Below are positions 1-11,175 of a DNA stretch of 64,000 nucleotides, in pieces. The notes under the pieces are model-generated. The model saw only the letters and a program-made list of their open reading frames with translations, was not told where the DNA came from and made no database searches. Source of the stretch: Centroscyllium fabricii (taxonomy: Eukaryota); NCBI GenBank assembly GCA_051313645.2, contig JBNRSN020000005.1, forward strand, positions 82,398,001-82,462,000, given 5' to 3'. Each line of letters begins with the position of its first letter. Position 1 is the first letter of the stretch. Both the position numbers and the translations under genes were made by a program.

Positions 1-383
1 CTCATGTCTCCGGATTATTAGTCCAGACCTCTGGATTGCTAGTCCAGCAACATAACCACGACATTACTGTATGGATGGGCAGCGATTAAAAATCACCCCT
101 TGATGCAGTAAAGTAGAGGCAATACCTGAGCCTTCATTTTTTGATATTATTGAGCTGTTTTGAAGATGCCTGAACCAATGCCGCTGGTAGACAGCTTTAT
201 TGTTGGGTAGGTGAACTATAGCCTACCTTCTCACCAAGGAATGATCCATACTCTGGTGTGAGTAAAAAGGAAAGCTATTTTTTTTTTAAAAGGGCCCTAT
301 CTTAATCTAATCTGCACCATAAAATGTATATTTCAGTATTTCAGTCAAACAAATACTCATATATAGTAGAGTCAACTGCTTTT

Positions 384-783
384 CATAGAAACATAGAAAA
401 CATAGAAGATAGGAGCAGGAGTAGGCCATTCGGCCCTTCGAGCCTTCAGCCCATTCAATGAGATCATGGCTGATCATCCAAACCCAGTACCCTGTCTCGG
501 CCTTGTCCCCATATCCCTCGATCCCTATCGAGCCTACACCGACACATATCCCGCCCTATCCCCGTAACCCCACATATTCAATCCCCCTAACACTAAGGGT
601 CAATTTATCATGGCTAATCAACCTAACCCGCACATCTTTGGACTGTGGGAGGAAACCGGAGCACCCGGAGGAAACCCACGCAGACACGGGGAGAATGTGC
701 ACACTCCACACAGATAGTACCCGAGGCTGGATTTGAACCCGGGTCTCTAGTGCTGTAAGGCAACAGTGCTAACCACTATGCCC
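384..783 (-). mobile_element. HE1-like V-SINE (tRNA head, V-domain, CR1-derived tail)
   Basis: Minus strand reads a tRNA-like head (tagtggttagcact...gggttcaaatcc). V-domain appears on + as ggaggaaaccggagcacccggaggaaacccacgcagacacggggagaa. CR1-type 3' tail with (catagaaa)n repeats near 384-410. Confidence 0.85.
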
Positions 784-2050
784 ATTTTGTTTCTGGTTTA
801 ACTTCCAATATTAATGATTTCTAAATGGAACAAAATCTTGTTTGAGTAACTACCCAGCTCCAGCAACCTGTTTTCATTAATGTATCATGTTTCATTGTAT
901 TTGGATGATGATTAATCATACTGCTACAATCAAAATGTTAAATGTGTACATGTAATCTTAAGTCCTCACTCCAGCAATAGCTTGCTTTTAAAGTAACTCA
1001 CAAATAGACACGTTTTTTTTTAAACAAGTAGAATGATGTAAGCAGACTGCTTGAGATCTATTCCTGCCCCAGAGTGGGAATCCTTTGGTTTTCTTTACAC
1101 ACAGAAACTGCAAGTGAAGTTGGCAGTGTTACCTGGAGAGCAGGATGTGACTCAAAAGATGAAGGCAATTGCTGTGACAGAAGTCTTTATTAGCCTGGGC
1201 AGTATTGTAACATGTACACAGGGTAGAGCAGAGAAGGGTGACAGGTACCCAAATGGATTCAAGGCAAACTACATCAGTAATCATGCTTTATGTACTTCCA
1301 AGTCTAGCATGAAATTGGGTTTTAGTTGGTCTTTAATGAGAGAGAGCCATTTGGAAGGTTTTAGTCCCTGGCAGGAGGTCGCCTTTCAGCATGGTGGATT
1401 GCAAAAGAGTAAAAGCAGAAAATTGCAATGTGCATTGTACCTGACAAATTTTATGATGATTTTTCACTGCGTTTTGTGCAGCTATCTGTTTTAACCTAAG
1501 CTAATTATTCATTTAACATTCATCCTCTACCCCTAAAATATATTTACTCTAATCTTGTTTCTGAAATGATGGTCAAATTACTTTTTATTTTCCTGGTATA
1601 AAAATGGAATTTTCTCATATATAAAACTAATACTATAGTTATACTGCACCTTTTTTACTGGTGCCATATTGAGACTTTTATAACGTACGTGCCAACACTG
1701 CAGTGTGCTGCTGGTGATCCAGGACTGTGGAGCTTTATGCTTCACACCAGTAGTAATATAACTGCTCTCAGTGTGACATCTGACTTTTATACAACTTTTT
1801 TTTAAAGCTTGACAGTAAAAGAGGCAAGCATTCTATTTTCTACAAACTGGAAACAGTTGACACAAGAGCTTCATTTTTCAGTCAGAAGAGGACTCAGCGA
1901 TATACGACATGCTAAGTGGCCCTCCCTGCATGCATGCAGTCCTGTCACCTGAAGCTCCAGTGTGATTCAAGTGTGTGGTGTAACTTTGGCTCCCTGTTCA
2001 CATGACTGCTCAAACTCTGGTGGTAATGTACTGGCAAGTTCAATGTAATA

Positions 2051-2522
2051 CAGGTTGAGCACCGTTAATGCGGACACCGTTTGTCCGGCAACTTCAAACG
2101 TCTGGCACGAATCTGGCCGACTGGTGCACGCATGCGCAAAATGGCTGCCGCGCTTGGCTGCGCATGCCCATGCCTCTCCCCAACTGCCCAACTGGTCTGC
2201 GCATGCACAAAATGGCCACCGCGCATGGCTGCGCATGCCCAGGCCTCTGCCCGGCTGCCCTGCGCATGTGCAAAATGGCAGCCACGTGTGGCTGCGCATG
2301 CCTGGGCCTCCCTGATTGGTCTGCACATGTGCAATATGGCCGTCGTGCTTGGCTGCGCATGCCCGGGCCTCTCGGCGAGCGCATGCGCAGACCATTCAAA
2401 ATTTCGTGGCAGCCATTTTGAATGGTCTGCGCATGCGCTCGCCGAACTTCAATCATTCGGAGTTTTCAAAAATTCGGTACGGTCCTGATCCTGACCGTGC
2501 CGAATTGATGGTGCTCAACCTG
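2051..2522. mobile_element. Tigger/pogo-like MITE with internal tandem GC-rich repeats
   Basis: TIRs CAGGTTGAGCACC...GGTGCTCAACCTG, flanked by TA on both sides (2049-2050, 2523-2524). Internal repeats contain TGCGCATGC. Confidence 0.85.
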
Positions 2523-2633
2523 TAGTGGTTTAGGACAACAACACAGTCGCCCTTTTATAATGCATACTCAAAATATCTGCAGAGAAAATGATGTGGAAAG
2601 CATTTGAGACTACAATTGGTTTAAAATGGTAAG

Positions 2634-3417
2634 TTTAGGAAAATTAGAAAAGCAGAGTTATTTTTAAATGGTGAGAGATTGGGAAATGTTGGTGATCAGT
2701 GGGACCTGGGTGTCCTTGTACACAAATCACTGAAAGTTAACATGCAGGTACAGCAAGCAATTAGGAAAGCAAATGGTATGTTGGCCTTTATTACAAGAGG
2801 ACTTGAGTATAAGAGTAAAGACGTCTTACTGCAATTATATAGGGCCCTGGTGAGACCACACCTGAAGTATTGTGTACAGTTTTGGTCTCCTTACCTAAGG
2901 AAGGGTATACTTGCCATAGAGGGAGTGCAGTGAAGGTTCACCAGACTGGTTCCTGGATGGGGGGATTGTCCTATGAGGAGAGATTGAGTAGACTAGGCCC
3001 ATATTGTCTAGAGTTTAGAAGAATGAGAGGTGATCTCATTGAAACATACAAAATTCTTACAGGGCTTGACAGGGTAGATGCAGGGAGGATGTTCCCCCTG
3101 GCTGGGGAGTCTAGAACCAGGGGTCACAGTCTCAGAATAAGGGGTAGGCCATTTAGGACTGAGATGAGGAGAAATTTCTTCACTCAGAGGGTGGTGATTC
3201 TTTGTAATTTTCTACCCAGAGGGTTGTGGAGGCTCAGTCGTTGAGTATATTCAAGACAGAAATAAATAGATTTTTGAATATTAAGGGAATCAAGGGATAT
3301 AGAGAGAGTACAGGAAAGTGGAGCTGAGGTAGAAGATCAGCCATGATCTTATTGAATCTTAAGGTTCGAGGGGCCAAATGGCCCACTCGCACTCCTGCTC
3401 CTATTTCTTATGTTCTT
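2634..3417 (+). mobile_element. CR1 LINE 3' fragment (RT C-terminus plus tail), decayed
   Basis: Frames give DLGVLV..., LYRALVRPHLKYCVQFWSP, RRMRGDLIETYKI and RRNFFTQRVV. Tail reads ctcctgctcctatttcttatgttctt. Confidence 0.92.
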
Positions 3418-3427
3418 AAAATACATA

Positions 3428-4107
3428 GGGCGCGAAATTGGCGGTCTAGCGCCAGCCCATTAGCACAACACAATTAGTGCTAGCGCTCGCGCCCAGCGCG
3501 AAAATCAGTGGAGCGCTAAGTTGTGGGCTAACTGGTAGCGCCCAACAAATTTTGCGCCCAGCTGGCCGACGTGAATGACGTCATAACGTCGCGCAGTGCC
3601 TGGAAGGTGCCCGCGGCTGAAATTGGCTGCCTGCGCCAGCTTTTTCTGGCCGTCAGAGCAGCGGGGGAGTGCTGCTTAAAGGGGAGGGTGCCGGTTGGCC
3701 ATTTGGATTGCTGGCCAACTGCCAGCACCTTCCCCCTCTGCCTCCCCCGCTGCTGCCCCCTGCCGCTTGAGGCCTCCTACGTATGAGCCCGGCACCTCAC
3801 TCCAGTGTCGGGCTCCTTCCCAATGATGGCACCCCGCGGCGGCCCCGCGGGGCCCCGACTGCAGCCGCGCTAGGCCCCTCCCCTTTAATCGGGGAGGAAG
3901 GCCTGCAGTACCGTGGGTCGCCGCTATGCGATCCTTGTCGCAGCGACCCGCCCGCGCCCCGATCTTCGGCCGCATTAGACTAAGAGCAAGGGGGGCCGCC
4001 TCTTTTATCGCCCACCCTCCTATAATGGGCGTTGCCGGTGAATTTTACCACTGGCGCTAAAAATACCGCTGCGGCGAGGTAAAGTGGCGCTGACCAATTT
4101 TTCCCCC
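3428..4107. mobile_element. PIF/Harbinger-type non-autonomous element, family A (related to 26659 and 50601)
   Basis: GGGCGCGAAATTGG...CCAATTTTTCCCCC termini and a GC-rich body that aligns by eye with 26659-27393 and, inverted, with 50601-51344. Confidence 0.75.
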
Positions 4108-6016
4108 AGAGTGGTTTATTTTAAACTAATGTTGATCTGAAATTCTTTATACATCATTTTCTATGCTGACCCAGTGGAAAAACCATGTACACAGTTAAAT
4201 GTTGTGCACTACACATTTTTATGGCTGTAGTCTGTATTTCCTTTACAGATTACAACTGGCTTCCCAGCCTGTAGCACCATCAAACTGGTATTCTGTGAAA
4301 TTAGAATGCAATATTTAAAAACTACAATGTGAATCAAGTATAAACACAATTTTTAATAGCCTTGTCTTCAATGATAGGTCTCAGATCCTTTATTGTCCAA
4401 AGTAAATTGTTGACTTTATCATTACATATTCAGCTTCAACATAGCACACATTTTAAATCTGAAACATTTTGATGTATGACACTAAACTTTATCAAGTATC
4501 TACTGTTACTAAGGAGTGCATTGCCACCTATGCTTGGATAGACAAAGTAGGAAGAAGTTTTATATTTTTTGTGGGCGAGGGATATTTCATGGAGATGCTC
4601 TATGTATTGATTATGCTGCCATATTATTAAAAGATGCATAATACAATTCTAACTAAAAAGACAAATGAACACATAAGCAGAAAAAAGAAAGTTACAAAAT
4701 TGCACGTTATACGGGGGAAAAAGACATATTTACAGACAGGCAGCAAGGTGGTCACAACCCTCTAAGAATATATATCAGGTGAAAAGGGTAGAATAAGGAA
4801 TAGTCATTTTGTAAGGTGGGGATAGGGCAGACATCTGGTAGTTCCAAAGCTGCTGCTGCAAAGCCCCAGGATACAGAGACAAGCTGTTTCAGCTATCCAT
4901 AGATTTCTCCCAAAGGGAGTTGATGAGCCTCTGGGGAAACAGAAGAGGAAAAAGTGGGGAGAGAGAAGACGTTGGGTTTGTTAAAGTGTGCTATTTGAAT
5001 AACATAAAAATTAAAATGCAGAACACATTTGTTGATTGTTGCCTAATTCCATCTGTGACAAAAACAATACACAAAGTGGCCATTAGCTGAGCACGGACTA
5101 GAATCTGATGGTGCTTGTTGATTCTAGATTGCAGTAGATACCTTGCAGGATTCCATGTGACCTATGAAATTAAAAATCAGCCTTGTAACAATTTTACTGT
5201 CATTGTGTGCCTCCTGTAAAATGGATGATTTTAAAATACAAACAAGGTCTGGTTTTGCACTCTGCAATACCAGATAAAAGGAGCTATCTGAGAGCATGTA
5301 ATCAAAGATGCAAAAAAGCTGTCATTTAATCCATATTTCTTCTTGGATCTTATTGTTAATTTGGTCTGTTTGACAGCAAAGTACAGTGTTTATGATACTG
5401 TGTTGTTGAAAAGCAGAGATTTGCTATGTTAATATTTGGAACTGAAAAGAATGTTTGCATGCATTGGAATATTCATGTGAGCAAGTCATAAACTTGGTAG
5501 AAATTAGCTTTTTTACAACGAAGTATCTTTTATACCAGTTTTTTTTTAAATGATTCAAATACTCATGTAAGCTTCTTAATTTTTGACTTTGAGTATCATT
5601 CTGAATTTATAGGTGTAAAGTGCAGCACCGGGCCTAGCCCAGCTACACCAACACTTACCTTCCTGTTCAAGTCAGGTGCTTTGTGAATTTATTGTTTTCT
5701 ACAAATTCTTTATTGCATTAAGTAGTGAATTCCAGCTCCATTTTATCAAGATTTGCCAGTACAAGTCAGTACATATAGTAGCATGTTAACGATTTAATAA
5801 TCCTCCCCAGCTGGAAATAGCTTTTATGCTCTACCAGGTTTGATTGTGCGCTCAGATCAGTAATTCTACTGAGGCTAATTGAACACTTTACTAGTGTGCT
5901 GAAGTTAACATTTCAGGCAGGGCATCTTGAACTGGCCAAAACACATTCCTGAATGTGTGAGGGTCATTCCCAGCTTTGCCAAAGTTGAAAATTATCTCCT
6001 GTGTCTTCAATTTTTT

Positions 6017-6020
<4 letters not shown>

Positions 6021-6050
<30 letters not shown>
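6021..6050. repeat. (TA)15 microsatellite
   Basis: Read directly from the sequence. Confidence 0.95.
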
Positions 6051-6056
<6 letters not shown>

Positions 6057-6444
6057 TTGAGCAAGTAATTATTAGTACAGAACAAGGTTAGACAGAATAG
6101 TTGCCATATTGATAGACGCCGTTAACTTATGTAACCCTTTTTACGATTGGCCCCCCCCTCTCCTTTACTGAGAATGGGGGGGGTAGGTTAATACCAATTA
6201 CCCCGTAGGTTCTTAACGTACCCCACGTGTAGAACTCTGTGACCTCCACCCAACTGTAACCCTTTTAACTTGAGAGAGATGAATCTGAGACAAGATTTCT
6301 ATTTACAAACTTTAATAACAGGGTTGGGAGATAGAGGTTAAATACAAACAGTGTTAAACAACTAGCAACTAGATACAAAAATAGAAAGTAGCGTTAATGT
6401 CATACAACAAATCATTTACACATTCATTCAGCTCACAACCACTC

Positions 6445-6620
6445 CCAAGAACACACTTCAATCAGAACTTTACAATGGCAAGGCGCTCGCTTTAGCACCC
6501 TTCCAGAACACATTTCAATCAGCAATTTACAATGGCAAGGCACTCGCTTTAGCACCCTTACAGAACACATTTCAATCAGCAATTTACAATGGCAAGGCAT
6601 CCACTTTAGCACCCTTACAC
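6445..6620. repeat. ~59-bp tandem repeat, 3 copies, inside the LTR
   Basis: Unit agaacacatttcaatcagcaatttacaatggcaaggcactcgctttagcaccctt occurs three times. Confidence 0.85.
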
Positions 6621-6624
6621 CTTG

Positions 6625-7380
6625 TTCCCCAAGCCCTTTTCTCAGAAGTTATTACTCACGACTGTCCGAATAGGGCTTGACAATGAGGACCGTACACTAC
6701 AGTCTCCTCATCTCAAGGGAGACAACGACGGCTCTTGGATCTGCCTCTGTCCTTTTAACACGAAAGCTTCCAGCATCTTCCAGCAGTGGGCGTCGCACAC
6801 AGCTCTCCACCCTCTGCTTCCTGCAACCTCGTCTTCCCCAAGCCCTTCTCTCAGTAGCCGCCACTCACGACTGTCCGAATAGGGCTTGACAATGAGTACC
6901 GTACACTACAGCCTACTCATCTCAAGAGAAACAACGACGGCTCTTGGAACTGTCTCTCAGTCCTTTTAACACGAAAGCCTCCAGCCTCTTCCAGCAATGG
7001 GCGTCGCACACAGCTCTCCACCCTCTGCTTCCTGCAACCTCGTCTTCCCCAAGCCCTTCTCTCAGTAGCCGCCACTCACGACTGTCCGAACAGGGCTTGA
7101 CAATGAGTACCGTACACTACAGCCTACTCATCTCAAGGGAAACAACGACGGCTCTTGGGACTGTCTCTCAGTCCTTTTAACACGAAAGCCTCCAGCATCT
7201 TCCAGCAGTGGGCATCAAACACACTTCTCCACCCTCTGCTTCCTGCAACCTCGTCTTCCCCAAGCCCTTCTCTCAGTAGCCGCCACTCACGACTGTCCGA
7301 ACAGGGCTTGGCAATGAGTACCGTACACTACAGCCTACTCATCCCAAGGGAAACAACGACGGCTCTTGGAACTGCCTCTC
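6625..7380. repeat. 209-211 bp tandem repeat, ~3.6 copies, inside the LTR
   Basis: Anchor ctgtccgaa recurs at 6662, 6871, 7082 and 7293. Confidence 0.92.
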
Positions 7381-8091
7381 TCATGGCTTCTCTGGATCTT
7401 TCCCGGATCTTCTCAATCTAACCTCCTTCTGGATCTTCCCCGGATCTTCTCAATCTAACCTCCTGCTCAATCTTCTCTCTTCCTCCTGCGCTCTATCTTA
7501 ATCCTGTCTCTAGGCGTGTCCAGCCTTTTATCCTGTCCTGGCTCCACCCTCCAGTAACTCACCCCACTTTTAGCCAGCCTATCGCAAAGCAATCACACAG
7601 CCCCCACCTGCAAGACTCCTTGTTTTTCCAGACTGGCCGGAGCCGAGTGCTGGTTTCCATGGCAGCCCAGCCTTTCGGCAACATTGTTCATACTCACACC
7701 TGGACAACAACCCCCTTGTGATCAAACTTCCAGACAAACTGGCACCGAAGAAGTCACCTGACCTCAGACCACTGGATCCCTAGACTTTTAACCCTTTAGG
7801 GAGATTCTCCCTGACTCTGGGTTTCAGACCCAGGTTACACTTATAAGTATTTGAATTGAGCTGTTTTAATCATTCTAATAACTTAAATAATAAGCCACTT
7901 AACCCTCATGCTAAGTGGACATTTTTAAAACTTCTTTAAATGTAAAAGTTTTTGACTCATTGCAGTTAATTTCACCCACTCAAAACTGTTGGTCTGGGCT
8001 TAATCAGAAAAACTGAAAGCTGAAAATAAAATTAAGATGAGGGAATTGTTTTCAGCATTGATTCTGGGATTAGGTCAGGAAGAGCTGCAAC

Positions 8092-8968
8092 AGGGAGTAG
8101 TGGATGAGGAGGAAGGAAGTAGAAAGATTCAGAGGGATATAGATAGGATGCAGAGCTGGGCTGAAGAATGGCAAATGGAGTTCAACACGGGGAAATGCGA
8201 GGTGATGCACTTCGGTAGGGCAAATAGGAAGAGGGAATATAGGGTCAACGGCAGGGTCCTGAGTGAAGCAGAGGAGCAAAGGGATCTGGGAGTATATGTA
8301 CACAGATCATTGAAGGCTGCCACCCAGGTGGACAAGGCAGTAAAAAAGGCCTATGGTGTATTGGCCTTCATCAACAGGGGAATAGAGTTTAAGAACCGGG
8401 AGGTCATGCTACAGCTGTACAGGTCACTGGTGAGACTACACTTGGAGTACTGTGTGCAGTTCTGGGCACCGTACTACAGGAGGGATGTGGAGGCGCTGGA
8501 GAGGGTGCAGAGGAGATTCACCAGGATGCTGCCGGGAATGGGGGGAAAGTCGTACGAGGAGAGGTTGAGGGAGCTGGAACTCTTCTCCCTGGAACGGAGA
8601 AGGAAGAGGGGGGACTTAATAGAGATGTTTAAAATGATGAAGGGGATCGATAGAGTAAACGTGCAGAGACTGTTTCCCCGGGTGGGAAGAACGACAACAA
8701 GAGGGCACGAGCACAAGATTCAAGGAGGAAGATTCAGAAGGGATGGCAAGGGCAAGTTCTTTACGCAGAGAGTGGTCGGGGAATGGAATAGGCTACCATC
8801 TGAAATAGTGGATGTGGACAGTCTGGGTGCTTTTAAAAGGATGATAGATAGGTACATGGAGGGGAAGGAAGAGTAGGGGGGACAGAAAAAATCAGAGACG
8901 GACTAAGCGCGGCACTACATTGAGGGCCCAAGGGCCTGTACAGTGCTCTATGTTCTATGTTCTATGTA
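8092..8968 (+). mobile_element. Young CR1 LINE 3' fragment with uninterrupted ORF2 C-terminus
   Basis: ORF 8037-8876 has CR1 RT C-terminal motifs (WQMEFNTGKCEVMHFGR, HLEYCVQFW). Ends in a (tatgttc)n tail. Nearly identical to the copy at 38018-39178. Confidence 0.95.
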
Positions 8969-9175
8969 ACATGGCACCTGATATTGGAGACTGCAGGAGA
9001 GCAGAAAAAGAAACAAAGATTGAGGATCGAGGGGGGGAGACATACTGGGGGGGATTACAAGCTGGTGAGTTTCTTTGCTCTTCAGGTCACTGAAGCTAGA
9101 ATGGAACTAACCCTCGTAAGTAGCATCCGATAGCACTTACCGTACTATGCTCTCTTTTTAGATGTCTGGTTTATT

Positions 9176-9928
9176 GAGCCGGACATTCCGATTCCTACGG
9201 GTGAGTAGGTGCTGTGTACCCACCTGTAGGGACATCAGAAATGTCGGTTTCAGGCTTGCACAGCTCGTGTGCTGAAAACCAGCATTTCTGATCTGTCCAG
9301 AATGCTCTTGGCAGATCAGATGCCTGCCCTAGAGAAGGGCCTCTGCGGGTGGATAGTTCTGCTTTCTGGAGATCCTCCGCCCACAGAAAACCCTTAGAAT
9401 TCGTACGCCTGGTAAAAGCAGGCTTAAGGCCTGCTTTTACCAGGATAAGAATTGGAAAAAAAGTTTTTTTTAATTTCATTCATTTATCATTTAAAAATAC
9501 TTTTTAAAAACGGTACATTTATTTTTAGCCCCGTAAAAAATCTAATTATTTTTTAAATTAAATTTTTGTTTAAAATATTTAATTTATTGTAATTCCAACT
9601 AATTTTAAAAATTTGATTTAAAAAAATGTATTTAATGTTTTAGTGTTTTTAGGGTGATCTCCATTCATATATTTGACAGGTCTATCTGCTATCTGTCAAG
9701 TGCATGAAGGGAGATTCCCTTCTTTGATTGGCTCCCCATGGCCCACGTGATCGCGGGGTGCTTGCGAGCCGCCTGTGCCCGTGGGATACGTGGGCCCTGT
9801 GCACTTGGAGTTGGAGAAGCCCAGCATCGGAACTATACGCACCTCGGGAGCCCTCCGGTAAGTGCGTAGATTTTTTCCAGATCGGAGGCTTCCGCGCGCG
9901 GGAAACCTCCAATCAGAAAATAGGGCCC
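9176..9928. mobile_element. Harbinger-type MITE, family B (inverted copy at 44806-45535)
   Basis: GAGCCGGACATTCCG...AAAATAGGGCCC ends, GC-rich arms and an AT-rich centre. Matches the reverse complement of 44806-45535. Confidence 0.7.
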
Positions 9929-9980
9929 TGTGGCCGGAGATCACATCATGACAATAACACAATTCACTATGTATAGCCAA

Positions 9981-10210
9981 TGTTGTTATCGCTCCATGTT
10001 ATGTACGGAACTTGGTTGGGTTATCGGGGCAGGGTCCCTTTAAGAGTTGTCGATTGTGTGATGATGTCATAGCCCTGCGACGAGGCCGAGTCCCTCAGTC
10101 CGTGCGGAGAGTTAATAAAGCTAACAGGCGTTTTTCTTTGCTGCTACGAAAGTCTCGCAGTCTGTTTATTTCCAGCGACTCCTACAGCCCATTATTTGTT
10201 TACGGCAACA
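9981..10210 (+). mobile_element. Possible short solo LTR (~230 bp)
   Basis: TGTTG...CAACA termini, internal AATAAA near 10114, CpG-rich. The flanks gccaa/gtcat match only partly as a TSD. Confidence 0.45.
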
Positions 10211-10456
10211 GTCATACAAATTTTTGGACATTTGAAAGCAGTGCATGACTGTGTAGTTTCTAACCTGTGGTGGAATAGTAATCAAAACAGTGGCGATGCA
10301 AACCAACTTGTACCTATATGGAATATGACAAATGCTTAATGGGTTCATGTAATATCCTTCTGTCTGATAGTGCAACTGAGGTGTTAACTCTCAAAATAGC
10401 AAATAATGCATTGTGTGATTGTTCACTAATATTGGACCGACAATGATTAAAACCTC

Positions 10457-11175
10457 GGGGGGGGGGGGGGGATTTTCATCTCCCCGTGAGTCGGGGTTTT
10501 GGGAGGGTCGGACGGGAAAATAGCGGAACCGGCGGGTCGTGATCCCCACCGCTTTAGCATTTTCCCCTGCCCTGTCCCCCCGCCCCGAATCGTTCCTGCC
10601 GGCGGCCGGCAGTGATGGTCTATCAGCTCATTAAGGGCCCTTAATTGTCATCCGTAATGCCATTTTAAGGGCCCTTAGCCATTTTTACCCCCTTCCAACC
10701 CAAACCCCGCCATCCTAAAACCCCGCTAGCGAAAACCCAGCGGGAGCACAGTGGTGCTGCTAACTTTCTCCTTCAAGGTGTTGAATACCTGGAGCAAAAT
10801 GCTTCACAGGCCTTCACCACCCTGGAGGAGTAAGTCACTCCCTTGTCTCAGCACCAGCTGTGGGCAAAAACATACCTTTCCAGCTCGACTGACAGACGCT
10901 GGCTATCTGTCAAAGATTTTGAAGCCTGCCCGCCCACCTGTCACTCAACAGCACTTGGCTTCTCCCATTGGTTCCACTCCACTGTGATGTCACAGTGGAG
11001 TGTTTCCATGGGAACTGTAAACAAACAGTTCCCACATCTCCCTCTCAGCCTGCTGCAATGCCGTTTCAGCGTCGTAATTGGCCGTTGGACTGCTACAATT
11101 AGCACAGGCACCCCGCACGCGGGGATTTAATTGAGTAATTAGTCCCGACAAATCCCCGCCAGCAAAATCCCCCCC
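10457..11175. mobile_element. Harbinger-type MITE, family C
   Basis: G-run GATTTT...AAAATC C-run termini. Internal ttaagggcccttaa palindrome shared with the copies at 24394, 30436 and 49031. Confidence 0.78.

Larger units (their letters stand above)
6130..7839 (-). mobile_element. Solo LTR (ERV/Gypsy-like), 1.7 kb, with internal tandem repeats
   Basis: TGTAACC...GGTTACA ends and a 4-bp TSD CTTA (6126-6129, 7840-7843). On the minus strand there is a TATA-like GATAAAAG near 7525 and ATTAAA near 6311. Confidence 0.8.

Noticed and set aside
1051-1494. 147-aa ORF on the + strand
   Set aside because: TTG start, no recognisable domain or ESRRG similarity, and no clear exon boundaries. Likely a chance intronic ORF.
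1967-2525. Cluster of overlapping ORFs in many frames
   Set aside because: By-product of the GC-rich, stop-poor repeats in the MITE.
6622-7421. Repeated Ser/Pro-rich ORFs
   Set aside because: Translations of the 211-bp LTR tandem repeat, with no coding signature.
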